Origin: an uncultured bacterium
Lineage (GTDB): Bacteria > Joyebacterota > Joyebacteria > Joyebacterales > Joyebacteraceae
Length of the DNA: 64,000 bases
Direction of reading: 5' to 3'
Assembly (NCBI GenBank): GCA_964596015.1
Contig: CAZQSB010000001.1
Coordinates: 48,191-112,190 of the forward strand
Below the pieces are notes generated by a model. The model had not been told where the DNA came from. It did not search any database and saw only the letters and a list, made by a program, of their open reading frames with translations. Of the stretch, positions 8,928 to 17,024 are shown in pieces (position 1 is the first letter of the stretch; every line of letters starts with the position of its first letter). The position numbers and the translations under genes were made by a program.

Positions 8928-10676
8928 CTAGTCGGCCACGAAGCGCAACTGTCCGAACGTGTGCGGGTCGTAGTCGATGGGAACCTGCCAGTCGGCGGGC
9001 GGCCAACCTCCCGGCTGCTTCCTGCGGAAGTTCAGACCGACAGGGCCGGCCGGAGGCCCGTCGAGCCCGAGCTCGGCGAACGGAACGCTGAGCTCGACCG
9101 TCCAGAAGTCGGCGCCGGTGTCGGTCGACGCCGCGATGTTCCCGTTCCAGTCGATGTGTGTCGTATACCACATCGTCTCGTCGAACGTGATCCGCTGGTC
9201 GAAGATGGTGCCGAGCGGGTTCACGTAGACCTGGTAGACGACCATCTCGCCCGTGTCGGGCTGAATGAAGAAGCCGACGCAGTCCTCAGCGTAGACCGGC
9301 CCGTCTCTCTGTTCGGTCTCGGCCACCAGGTCCTCGGGGCCCGGGTCGCGGCAGACAGCGGCGAGATAGAGATTCTGGTCATCGTACCCGAAGCGGAACA
9401 CGGTCGCTCCCTCGACGCCGGGGACGCCTTCCTCGGAGTAGAAGACGTCCTCGACGCCGGCGCGGTCCCAGCAGGGCTCGATGACCCGGCCGTCGACGCG
9501 CGGCGCGGAGTCGAACGGCTCGGCTTCTGCGACGCGCACGATCCGAGGGGTCCCGGTCGCCCTGATCTCGCGTCCGTCGCTCAGCGGGTAGCGGATCGAG
9601 TAGCTCGGGACCGGGAAGAGAGCGCCACGCGACGCGCCACGGAAGGAAACCCGAGTCGATCCTTCGGGCTCGATGGTCACGGGAGCCGACTGCGGATCGA
9701 TGCTCCAGTTGTCGGGAACGCTCCAGGAGACGGAGCCGTCGAGTACGTCCGAAGTGTGGTTCTCCACCAGCACTGTGATCTCCTCGTCGACGGTGTCCTC
9801 GCCTTCGAGGATGACGGGCTCCGCCCGGACGTACCGACCCTCGGCCTGGCGGATCTCCTCCTGCAGCTTCAGGGTCGAGACGTCGGAACCGTGGACGCCG
9901 CCGAGTTCGACGACCGCAAGCTCGTACCCCTCGTCGTTCACGGTCACCCAACCGAACTGGAAAAACTCTCCCCTCGCGGTCGAACTGTCCGTTGCGAGGG
10001 TCCCGCCGCCCGAACTCCCCATGGAGACATAGCTCACGCCGTCGTATTCGGCGGAGAAGTAGTGATGCAGGTGCCCCGTGAAGTGCACGTCGACCTCGTG
10101 GGTCCTGAGAATCTCGTGGAGAGGCTCCACTCCTCCCAGCGCCAGCGTCTGGGTCCAGAGGGGCTTGTGGGCGAAGACGAACATGTGCCCGGCGCCCGCG
10201 GCGCCCGCGAGGTCGGCCTCGAGCCACTCGAGCTGGTCCGGATCGTCGGACCACGACTCGATGCGCGAGTTGTCGAGCACGACGAAGTGAGCGTTTCCGT
10301 GATCGAACGAGTAGTACGGAGCGAAGCCGGTCCGCTCACTGTAGACGGTCTCGGATTCGTCGCTCCAGATGTCGTGATTGCCCGGCGTGAGATACACCGG
10401 GCATTCGAGCCTGTCGAGGAAGCTGAAGATCGTGTCCCATTGAGCGTTCGCGAGTTCCATGTCATCCATGTAGCCCTCGATCTGATCGCCCACGGTCACG
10501 ACGAAGTCGGGGTTCAAGCGACCGATCTCCTCGATGACCCTCGGATAGACGCCCTCTTCGTGGCCGCCGGTCCTGTCGCTCAGAACCGCGAAGTGGAAAC
10601 CCTCCTCCGCGCCGGACGCCGCCGCGGCGAAGAGAGCGATGAGCGCGAAGAGAGCGATTACCATTCCCGTCTTCAT
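8928..10676 (-). CDS. Secreted metallophosphoesterase with C-terminal CBM9/DOMON-like domain
   Basis: Signal peptide MKTGMVIALFALIALFAAAASGA. Motifs FAVLSDRTG, GDQIEG, GNHD and GHLHHY. C-terminus DGRVIEPCWDRAG...FWTVELSVPF. Confidence 0.85.
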   Translation of the reverse strand: MKTGMVIALFALIALFAAAASGAEEGFHFAVLSDRTGGHEEGVYPRVIEEIGRLNPDFVVTVGDQIEGYMDDMELANAQWDTIFSFLDRLECPVYLTPGNHDIWSDESETVYSERTGFAPYYSFDHGNAHFVVLDNSRIESWSDDPDQLEWLEADLAGAAGAGHMFVFAHKPLWTQTLALGGVEPLHEILRTHEVDVHFTGHLHHYFSAEYDGVSYVSMGSSGGGTLATDSSTARGEFFQFGWVTVNDEGYELAVVELGGVHGSDVSTLKLQEEIRQAEGRYVRAEPVILEGEDTVDEEITVLVENHTSDVLDGSVSWSVPDNWSIDPQSAPVTIEPEGSTRVSFRGASRGALFPVPSYSIRYPLSDGREIRATGTPRIVRVAEAEPFDSAPRVDGRVIEPCWDRAGVEDVFYSEEGVPGVEGATVFRFGYDDQNLYLAAVCRDPGPEDLVAETEQRDGPVYAEDCVGFFIQPDTGEMVVYQVYVNPLGTIFDQRITFDETMWYTTHIDWNGNIAASTDTGADFWTVELSVPFAELGLDGPPAGPVGLNFRRKQPGGWPPADWQVPIDYDPHTFGQLRFVAD

Positions 10677-10812
10677 GTGTCGCCTCCTCTGAACGTCGCG
10701 ACGCGGTCTTCGAAGAACCGCGGACGACCCGCCGAACCGTCGGAGGTCGCTTCAGGAGATGCTAGCTCGGAACGCTCGAATCGGTCAACGACGCTGCTCG
10801 ACAAGTTTCTGT

Positions 10813-10840
10813 TTGACAGCCCAATGGCCGTTGCTACTAT
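10813..10840 (+). promoter_or_regulatory. Sigma70-type promoter
   Basis: TTGACA (10813-10818), 16-nt spacer, TACTAT (10835-10840). It sits inside the longer ATG-10824 reading frame, which argues for the GTG start at 10890. Confidence 0.5.
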
Positions 10841-10889
10841 CGTACGAGCACGCGGCCGCTACCCCGATGAGATTCCTGGAGGACATGAG

Positions 10890-11243
10890 GTGCCGATCTG
10901 CCCCGAATGCAAACGCGAGTTCGCGGACGGCGCGGAGGACTGCCCGGACTGCAAGGTTCCCCTCCTCGCGACCGAGGAGACCGAACTCGAAGAGACCGAG
11001 GACACCGACGTCAACGAGAACGTCGACGACGACCTTCCCTCCGAAGGTCTCGTCGTCATCGAGACCGAAGTGGATGAAGCCGGAGTCGGACGCCTGCGCG
11101 AGTATCTCGAGGAGAGCGGCATTCCCTGCTTTCTGAGCAACGAGCTTCACCCGCACGAGCCGGCGAACGCTTCGACCAAGGTGCTTGTCCCCCGGGAGAT
11201 GGCGAACGACGCCCGGAAGCTCGCGCGGAACTGTCCCCGCTGA
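10890..11243 (+). CDS. Small acidic zinc-ribbon protein (CPEC...CPDC), weakly DUF2007-like C-terminal half
   Basis: GGAGGA RBS 6 nt before GTG 10890. VPICPECKREFADGAEDCPDCKVPL, then an acidic linker, then GLVVIETEVDEAGVGRLREYLEESGIPCFL. An alternative ATG lies at 10824. The rest of track ORF 8901-11243 is an antisense artefact. Confidence 0.6.
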   Translation: MPICPECKREFADGAEDCPDCKVPLLATEETELEETEDTDVNENVDDDLPSEGLVVIETEVDEAGVGRLREYLEESGIPCFLSNELHPHEPANASTKVLVPREMANDARKLARNCPR

Positions 11244-11253
11244 ACCGAAATCG

Positions 11254-11736
11254 TCATCGCTTGTAGCCGATCTTCTTCAGGAACTCGACGCGCTCCTGGA
11301 CGTCGTCGTCCGTCTCGACGCCTTCGGGAGTGAAGCCGTCGACGACGCCGAGGATGCCTCTCCCCTGGTCCGTCTCGCCGATGACGACCTCGACCGGATT
11401 GGCCGTGGCGCAGTGGATCCCGCAGACCTCAGGACACGACTTGACGGCGTTCAGGACGTTGATGGGAAAGCCGTCGCCCATGACGACGACGAAGCTGTGC
11501 CCCGCGCCGATCTCCGTCATGATCCTCACGGCGACATCGATGAGGTCCGGATCCGTGCCGTCCCGCCTGACGAGGCGGGGCCCGGACGCCTCGGCGAAGG
11601 CCAGTCCGAACCTGAGCCCCGGAGCGGACGAGGTCATGGCCTCAAAGAGGTCCTCGACTGTCTTGATGAAGTGGCTCTGCCCGAGAATGACGTTCGAGCC
11701 CTCGGGGAACTCCATGCGGACGGTCTTGAGTTCCAT
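11254..11736 (-). CDS. Adenosine-specific kinase family protein (PF04008-like)
   Basis: MELKTVRMEFPEGSNVILGQSHFIKTVEDL...FPINVLNAVKSCPEVCGIHCATANPVEVV...GILGVVDGF...FLKKIGYKR. RBS GAGGGAGGAGA precedes the ATG at 11736. Confidence 0.75.
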   Translation of the reverse strand: MELKTVRMEFPEGSNVILGQSHFIKTVEDLFEAMTSSAPGLRFGLAFAEASGPRLVRRDGTDPDLIDVAVRIMTEIGAGHSFVVVMGDGFPINVLNAVKSCPEVCGIHCATANPVEVVIGETDQGRGILGVVDGFTPEGVETDDDVQERVEFLKKIGYKR

Positions 11737-11782
11737 TCTCTCCTCCCTCTGTGTGCCCTCTCTCGCGAAGCGGATCTCCCGC

Positions 11783-11811
11783 AGTATCGGCCACGCGAAC
11801 GCCGGCGTCAA
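11783..11811 (-). promoter_or_regulatory. Sigma70-type promoter for the adenosine-kinase-like gene
   Basis: Minus strand: TTGACG (11811-11806), 17-nt spacer, GATACT (11788-11783). Confidence 0.4.
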
Positions 11812-11827
11812 CGAAGCGGAGAATGGC

Positions 11828-11902
11828 GTCGCCGCAACCAGCGGCGAGTGACGTTCCCGCGACCGGCGGCGAATGGCGTTGCCGCGACCGGCGGCGAGGC
11901 GT
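11828..11902. repeat. Three tandem 25-bp units, each carrying GCCGC-N5-GCGGC
   Basis: gtcgccgcaaccagcggcgagtgac / gttcccgcgaccggcggcgaatggc / gttgccgcgaccggcggcgaggcgt. A degenerate fourth unit lies upstream (about 11803-11827). Confidence 0.85.
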
Positions 11903-11932
11903 TAGACTCGGCTCGTTCCCGCGGGAGGGACG

Positions 11933-13078
11933 ATGCGCATTCTGTTCATTGCAGAAGTCCAGTGGCGGTCCCAGGTCTCGAGGAAGCACCAGCTCATCCG
12001 GCTCTTCCCGGAGGACTGGAGCGTGTTCTACGCGTCGCCCATGAACACGGCGGCGGGCGAGAACAGTTTCCGCGTCCGGACGGAGCGGCCCGGGCCCGTC
12101 GTGCGATATGTCTCCCTGCCGCTTCCCAAGCCCGACGCTCGACTCGCCGCGCTCAGAACCGCGACCCCGCTCCTCGAGCGGCTCGGCAGACTCCGCCTCA
12201 GCTCCATCGCGTCGTCGTTCGCGCCGGACATCGTCGTCTGCTCGTACATCTGGGCGCACCGCGCCGTCGCCGACATCCGACGCCGCGGGATTCCGGCAGT
12301 GTACGACCTCAACGACCTTCACTACGACTTCTACCCCGACCGCCGCTCCGAGGCCCGCGAGGCGTTCGCGGCGCTTGTGTCCGAGGTCGACGACGTCGTC
12401 GCGTCCTCGGAGAGGCTCCGCGCCGTCGCGGGACGCGGCACGGTCATAGGGAACGGCGTGGACCTCGAGACCTTCCGCGGCCGAGCGTCGGGCGAGCAGC
12501 CGGATGAGCTCGCCACCTCGCCGCTGGCGGGCAGGGACGATCTCGTCGCCTACGTGGGCTCCGTCGACGACCGCGTGGATTTCGACATGCTTGAGCGGAC
12601 GGTGGCGGCGCTTGAGAACGCCGGGAGGTCGGGGCTCCTGTGCGTGGGGCGGATCTTCGACCCGGCCCGGAAGCGGGCGCGGGCGCTTCAGGACAAGTAT
12701 CCGGCGCGCGTGCTCTTCACGGGGAGGATCGCCTACGAGCGACTGCCGTCCTTCCTGTCGAGCGCTTCGGTCGGCATCGCGCCGTTCGTCCTGAACGAGA
12801 AGACGGCCGCCATCAACCCGAACAAGCTCTACACCTACGCGGCCATGGAGCTCAACATCGTCTCGACGCCGTTCTCCGAGGAGGTCCGCAGAAACGGAGA
12901 TCTTGTCTACCTCGCCCGAGACGCGGACTCGTTCGCGGCGGCCGTCAAGAGCGCGCTCGGCGACGATGAGCGCCGCCGAGCGGTACGTCCCGAGATCGCG
13001 CTGTCGAACAGCTGGAACGAGAAGGCGAAGGCCTACATCGAGGTGCTCACTGACCTGGTCTCGGGACGTCGGGACTGA
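11933..13078 (+). CDS. Glycosyltransferase (GT-B fold, family 1/4-like)
   Basis: MRILFIAEVQWRSQVSRKHQL... and a C-terminal half with GSVDDRVDFDML...LFTGRIAYERLPSFLSSASVGIAPF...NPNKLYTYAAMELNIVST. Confidence 0.8.
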   Translation: MRILFIAEVQWRSQVSRKHQLIRLFPEDWSVFYASPMNTAAGENSFRVRTERPGPVVRYVSLPLPKPDARLAALRTATPLLERLGRLRLSSIASSFAPDIVVCSYIWAHRAVADIRRRGIPAVYDLNDLHYDFYPDRRSEAREAFAALVSEVDDVVASSERLRAVAGRGTVIGNGVDLETFRGRASGEQPDELATSPLAGRDDLVAYVGSVDDRVDFDMLERTVAALENAGRSGLLCVGRIFDPARKRARALQDKYPARVLFTGRIAYERLPSFLSSASVGIAPFVLNEKTAAINPNKLYTYAAMELNIVSTPFSEEVRRNGDLVYLARDADSFAAAVKSALGDDERRRAVRPEIALSNSWNEKAKAYIEVLTDLVSGRRD

Positions 13079-13637
13079 CCACCCCTTCCGGTCCGGCATC
13101 GCGGTCCTTCTCGCCGAGTTCCACCCTGCCGGGTCCATCCTCGAAGATCTTCTCTCCTTCGGGCAGACCGTCTTCTCCGGTCGTCTCGTGGTCCCGCGCG
13201 TCGTCCCGCATGTACCAGGGCGCGAGATAGAAGTAGATGGTCTCGTGCGAATCGTAGTAGCTCACCCGGATGTCGACCCACTCCGAGTAGTATCCCTCGG
13301 CGTACGCCTCGATGCGGAACTCGCGGTCCTCGCATCCGCCGCAGCCGTCGTAGTAGACGTAGCCGAGGTTCGCGGTGACATAGCCGTACGGGCCGACGCC
13401 CCAGGTTCCGATGTAGTCCCAGGACCACCATTCCTCCTCGTAGACCTCGACGGCGGCCCAGGGAATGGGCGCGCCTGTTCTGTAGTCGTACACGTAGGCG
13501 CGGAAGCTGGCCATGCGGGGCGGGCGATGTGTCGAGTCGCACCACCAGCAATCGTCCCACACGATGCATCCCGACAACACGAACGGGACGATCACGATAA
13601 GCGCCGCGACAATCCACCTCTTCGCATCTCGGTTCAT
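13047..13637 (-). CDS. Trp/Tyr/Cys-rich lipoprotein, function unknown
   Basis: MNRDAKRWIVAALIVIVPFVLSGC (lipobox) followed by IVWDDCWWCDSTH. The middle resembles a carboxypeptidase-regulatory-like beta sandwich. RBS GAGAGGAGGA. The 3' end overlaps the convergent glycosyltransferase gene by 32 nt. Confidence 0.7.
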   Translation of the reverse strand: MNRDAKRWIVAALIVIVPFVLSGCIVWDDCWWCDSTHRPPRMASFRAYVYDYRTGAPIPWAAVEVYEEEWWSWDYIGTWGVGPYGYVTANLGYVYYDGCGGCEDREFRIEAYAEGYYSEWVDIRVSYYDSHETIYFYLAPWYMRDDARDHETTGEDGLPEGEKIFEDGPGRVELGEKDRDAGPEGVVSPDVPRPGQ

Positions 13638-13713
13638 CGTCCGGTCCTCCTCTCGAGCGTTGACGCCGCCGGGCGGCCTTCGGAGTCGAGGCGACCCCGG
13701 GGGGAACGCGCCG

Positions 13714-14952
13714 TCAGTCCCTCAAGACCTCCACCTCGAAACGTATCCAGCGGATGAGCGGCGGGTCCCATCGCCCGGGCCTCTCGGTCGCGAAGTCGAC
13801 GACACGCATCTCGAGCCGCACATCCTCGTCCTCGAGAAGCTCCTCGTACACCCTGTCCGTGTTCGGACGGTGTCCTCTCCGGCCTTCGACGTCGATGCGG
13901 AAAAGAACCTCGTCACGTCGCTGCCCGTTCCGCTCGATGCGCCCCTCGAGCTCGGTCGGCTCCCCGGAACGGCCCTCGACGCATTCCACAACGAGGACTG
14001 CGCCCTGGGCGATCTCGTGATAGTAGGCGTCGTCGTCATCGTCGATGGTGAAGACGTCGCGGAAGATGATGCGGGGCGCAGCAGGCCGTTCTCTGCCGTC
14101 ACGGCGCCCCTGGTCACGGTCTCCCCGCCACGGGTCGCCGTACCACCCATGTGGGTCACCGTGCCACGGATCGCCGTGAGGATGGTCGTAGCCCCAACCG
14201 AGTCCAGCGACTCGGAAGCTGATCTGGTCGCACGACCAGCTGCCCGGCCTGTCGTACCACGGCTCGGGAACGGGCCAGACGGGCGGCGACGGAACGACCA
14301 CGCGGCCGCGGCGGCCCGGCGAGTGCCACGGACCGGGCCGCCCTTCCACGATGACTCGACCCCGGTGAGGACGGCGCGGGGGGACCCATGCGCCTCCTCT
14401 GCCGCCGGGCCAGGGAGCTTCGTGAGCGCACGCTACGAGCGTCTCAACGCCACCCGGCCCGGCGATGCGGAGTGAGTACCGTCCGTCTCGAGGGATACGA
14501 TACGTCCTATCGGGACGAACGAAACTCGAGCCGGACCACCTGTTCGGGAACAGCACGCGGACTTCGCCATCCGTCGTGTAGTCGATGATCGTCACGTACG
14601 CGGAACGGTCGACGCGGAAGAAGACCCAGAGCGGGTCGCCCGGCGCATAGACGCCCCAGGGACCGCGGTCCACCCAGACCTGCACCCTCGGCGCGCCGTG
14701 ATGGTGCCAGGGGTGACCGTGTTCCCAGTCGCCCCACCCTCCCCACGGGGGCTCAGGCACGACATCGACGCGACCGCGCCGTCCGTCATCCGGATCCTCG
14801 ACCGCCTCACTCCCGCGCCCCTCGGGGCGGGCCTCCTCGACCGCGATGTCCGCGGCCGGGGAGGCCACGCAGAACGAGAGGAGCACAAGGAGTGTGCAGA
14901 GTGCGGTACAGAGGATGTGCCGGTCGCCTGCATTCCGAAGCACAGCTGTCAT
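13714..14952 (-). CDS. Exported DUF4384-domain protein with His/Trp/Pro-rich segments
   Basis: N-terminal hydrophobic signal. DUF4384-like core WVFFRVDRSAYVTIIDYTTDGEVRVLFPN...YRIP...LVACA. Flanks PWGGWGDWEHGHPWHHHG and HPHGDPWHGDPHGWYGDPWRGD. RBS AAGGAGG. Confidence 0.75.
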   Translation of the reverse strand: MTAVLRNAGDRHILCTALCTLLVLLSFCVASPAADIAVEEARPEGRGSEAVEDPDDGRRGRVDVVPEPPWGGWGDWEHGHPWHHHGAPRVQVWVDRGPWGVYAPGDPLWVFFRVDRSAYVTIIDYTTDGEVRVLFPNRWSGSSFVRPDRTYRIPRDGRYSLRIAGPGGVETLVACAHEAPWPGGRGGAWVPPRRPHRGRVIVEGRPGPWHSPGRRGRVVVPSPPVWPVPEPWYDRPGSWSCDQISFRVAGLGWGYDHPHGDPWHGDPHGWYGDPWRGDRDQGRRDGRERPAAPRIIFRDVFTIDDDDDAYYHEIAQGAVLVVECVEGRSGEPTELEGRIERNGQRRDEVLFRIDVEGRRGHRPNTDRVYEELLEDEDVRLEMRVVDFATERPGRWDPPLIRWIRFEVEVLRD

Positions 14953-15125
14953 GAGACCGCCTCCTTCTTTCGAATCCAGGGCCTCAGTGCGCGACGGGGC
15001 CGACGAACGATCAGTGCCCCTGCGGCAGATTTTGACGCGTGGCGGGCGGCGCTATTCAGTCGACCGGACGACCACAGAGCAGACGCCGCAGTGGACCGCG
15101 CGGTCCGACGGCACGCGCCGGAAAG

Positions 15126-15159
15126 AGACACGCCGGGCGGAGGTTCGCCCGGCGTGTCT
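15126..15159 (-). terminator. Strong hairpin (14-bp perfect stem) after the sigma/anti-sigma/secreted-protein unit
   Basis: AGACACGCCGGGCG-gaggtt-CGCCCGGCGTGTCT. On the minus strand it is followed by CTTTCC. It lies 38 nt downstream of the stop at 15197. Confidence 0.55.
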
Positions 15160-15196
15160 TCGCTTGTGACTTGGTTCCGGCGCGCCGGGAAACGCC

Positions 15197-15712
15197 CTAT
15201 CCGCGCGCGGAGAGCGCGAGAATGAGCACTCCGCTCTCGATGGGCGGCCCGCCCAAGAGAACGGTGCCCCCGTTCTCCAGACGGATCCTCGTTCGAAGCA
15301 GGATCTCGGGGTCTGTCGGCCTCCGCCCCTCGGGGGTCGGCTGACGGGGAACGTCGCGCGAGAGCGTGACCAGCATCTCGATGCGGCGGCGGTCCTCACC
15401 TTCGAAGCGCTGGGGCTCGACGACCAGCGTGAAGCGACCGGGTATCGCGATGCGCGAGGGTTCACCGAAGGTCGCCTGGGTCTGCATGCGGCCGAGGAAG
15501 GCGTAGCGGGTGTAGGCGAAGAGGCTTGTCAGCTTCTGGGAGTACGCCGCCAACCTTGCGTCGACCCGTGGCTCGTTCTGCGGAGCGGCCACGTCGCGGG
15601 CCGTCGTCGAGGCGCCGATCGAGGTCACCTCCACCCTGATCTCGTCGGCGGAGAAAGCGGGAACGGCGGCGAGGAGAATCGCAGCGGCGGCGAACACGAT
15701 AGCAGTTCTCAC
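15197..15712 (-). CDS. Secreted hypothetical protein
   Basis: Signal peptide MRTAIVFAAAAILLAAVPAFSA. No recognisable domain. It lies 20 nt downstream of the anti-sigma gene. Confidence 0.7.
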   Translation of the reverse strand: MRTAIVFAAAAILLAAVPAFSADEIRVEVTSIGASTTARDVAAPQNEPRVDARLAAYSQKLTSLFAYTRYAFLGRMQTQATFGEPSRIAIPGRFTLVVEPQRFEGEDRRRIEMLVTLSRDVPRQPTPEGRRPTDPEILLRTRIRLENGGTVLLGGPPIESGVLILALSARG

Positions 15713-15731
15713 GTTCCTGGCTCCCCTCTGG

Positions 15732-16271
15732 CTACCTTGCCCCGACGCCGTCCGAACCGGGCCCGGGGCCCGTCTCCTCGGCGAAGACCCAGATGACCGT
15801 CATCTCGGGATCGTCTGACGTGAAGAACATCGGCGTGTAACCGGAGGTGTACGACTCGATGCTGTCGACGATGCACTCGTTGCCGTCGCCTCCGCCGCGG
15901 AGCGCCCCGATGGGACCGAGGACGACGAGCGCCAGCACGGCCACGGCGACCGCTCCGACGGTCGCGAGCGCGAGGCGCCGGTCGAGTCTCTGGACCGGCC
16001 TCGCCTCAGGAGAGCGGGCGCGCGTCGACTCGCGATCAACGCGGTCGAGCGCCGCGGAGAGCTCGCGATCGAACTCCCGCCAGCGTCGGTCCGAGACCGG
16101 CGGCGGGGTTGACATCTTCAGAATCCTATCAAACGACCTGATCGAGTCAAGCTCGGCCGCGCACGAGGGGCACTGCTTGATGTGACGCTCGATCCTGGCG
16201 CGGCGACGCGGAGAGAGCTCGCCGTCGACATACGCCGTGAGGTAGCGCGAGATGCGGCACGTGCTGCTCAT
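15732..16271 (-). CDS. Membrane anti-sigma factor (zf-HC2/ZAS type)
   Basis: MSSTCRISRYLTAYVDGELSPRRRARIERHIKQCPSCAAEL (H-x3-C-x2-C). One TM segment, LALATVGAVAVAVLALVVLGPIG. ATGA start/stop overlap with the sigma gene. The track start at 16679 is too long. Confidence 0.85.
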   Translation of the reverse strand: MSSTCRISRYLTAYVDGELSPRRRARIERHIKQCPSCAAELDSIRSFDRILKMSTPPPVSDRRWREFDRELSAALDRVDRESTRARSPEARPVQRLDRRLALATVGAVAVAVLALVVLGPIGALRGGGDGNECIVDSIESYTSGYTPMFFTSDDPEMTVIWVFAEETGPGPGSDGVGAR

Positions 16272-16906
16272 GGTGTCTCGTTCTCCGTTTCCTCGTCCTC
16301 TGTTCCCACGGCGTTGCCTGCGTCGACGTACGGCGCGAGCATCGCGCGGAGCTTCTTCCGGGCGTAGTGGAGCCGCGACATCACGGTTCCTATCGAACAG
16401 CCTACGACCTCGGCGATCTCCTTGTAGGAGAGCCCCTCGATCTCGTAGAGCACGAACACCGACTTGTGATAGGGCGGCAGCGCGTCGATGGCCCGCTCGA
16501 TCTGCTCGCCGAGCTCGCCGCTCAAGGCGCTCTCCGCGGGATCGAGGAACGGGCCGCGCTCCCCGGGAAGCGTGTCGGCGAAGTCCGCGACCTCCTCCGG
16601 AACCGAGAGCGACGCCACCGACCGGGAGTGCTTCCTCGTATAGTCGATGCACGTGTTCATGGCGATCCGGTAGAGCCACGTCGAGAAGCTCGACCGTCCC
16701 CCGAAGCTCCGGATGCCCTTGTAGGCCCGGATGAAGACGTCCTGGGCGAGGTCGAGCGCCAGGTCGGGATCGCGCGCGAAGCGATAGGCGACCGCATAGA
16801 CGACGTCCTTGTATCTCTCGATGAGAGCATCGAACGCATCGCGGTCGCCCGCCTGAGCGGCCTTGACCTGCTCGAGGTCGAGTTTCCGCTTGTCTCGCTC
16901 AGGCAT
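16268..16906 (-). CDS. ECF (sigma-70 family group 4) RNA polymerase sigma factor
   Basis: Region 2 DAFDALIERYKDVVYAVAYRF...DLAQDVFIRAY...FSTWLYRIAMNTCIDYTRK. Region 4 LSYKEIAEVVGCSIGTVMSRLHYARKKLR. Confidence 0.9.
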   Translation of the reverse strand: MPERDKRKLDLEQVKAAQAGDRDAFDALIERYKDVVYAVAYRFARDPDLALDLAQDVFIRAYKGIRSFGGRSSFSTWLYRIAMNTCIDYTRKHSRSVASLSVPEEVADFADTLPGERGPFLDPAESALSGELGEQIERAIDALPPYHKSVFVLYEIEGLSYKEIAEVVGCSIGTVMSRLHYARKKLRAMLAPYVDAGNAVGTEDEETENETP

Positions 16907-16923
16907 GATCCCCCGCAGCGTTC

Positions 16924-16954
16924 TTAGACGGGCGCCCCCTCGGGGCTATTCAAG
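16924..16954 (-). promoter_or_regulatory. Possible ECF-type autoregulated promoter
   Basis: Minus strand reads TTGAATA-N16-CGTCTAA about 20 nt upstream of the sigma ATG. This resembles the generic GGAAC/TGAAC-N16/17-CGTC pattern of ECF promoters. Confidence 0.3.
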
Positions 16955-17024
16955 GAAGGATCGCGCGGCGCCGGCGTCCAGTGAATGAGGCTCCGCTCAC
17001 TGTTCGAAGGCGCTCTCTTCGGGT

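Noticed and set aside
8901-10823. N-terminal ~640 aa of the 780-aa track ORF 8901-11243
   Set aside because: This part is antisense to the well-supported metallophosphoesterase gene. Only the last ~117 codons, after a promoter and a GGAGGA RBS, look like a real gene.
11828-11902. CRISPR array (also considered for the repeats at 45304-45410)
   Set aside because: There are only 2-4 directly abutting copies with no unique spacers, and no cas genes in the window.
13047-13078. 32-nt convergent overlap of the glycosyltransferase and lipoprotein 3' ends as a possible antisense regulatory feature
   Set aside because: Both stops are unambiguous, and short convergent overlaps are common in compact genomes. 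Nothing further supports regulation.
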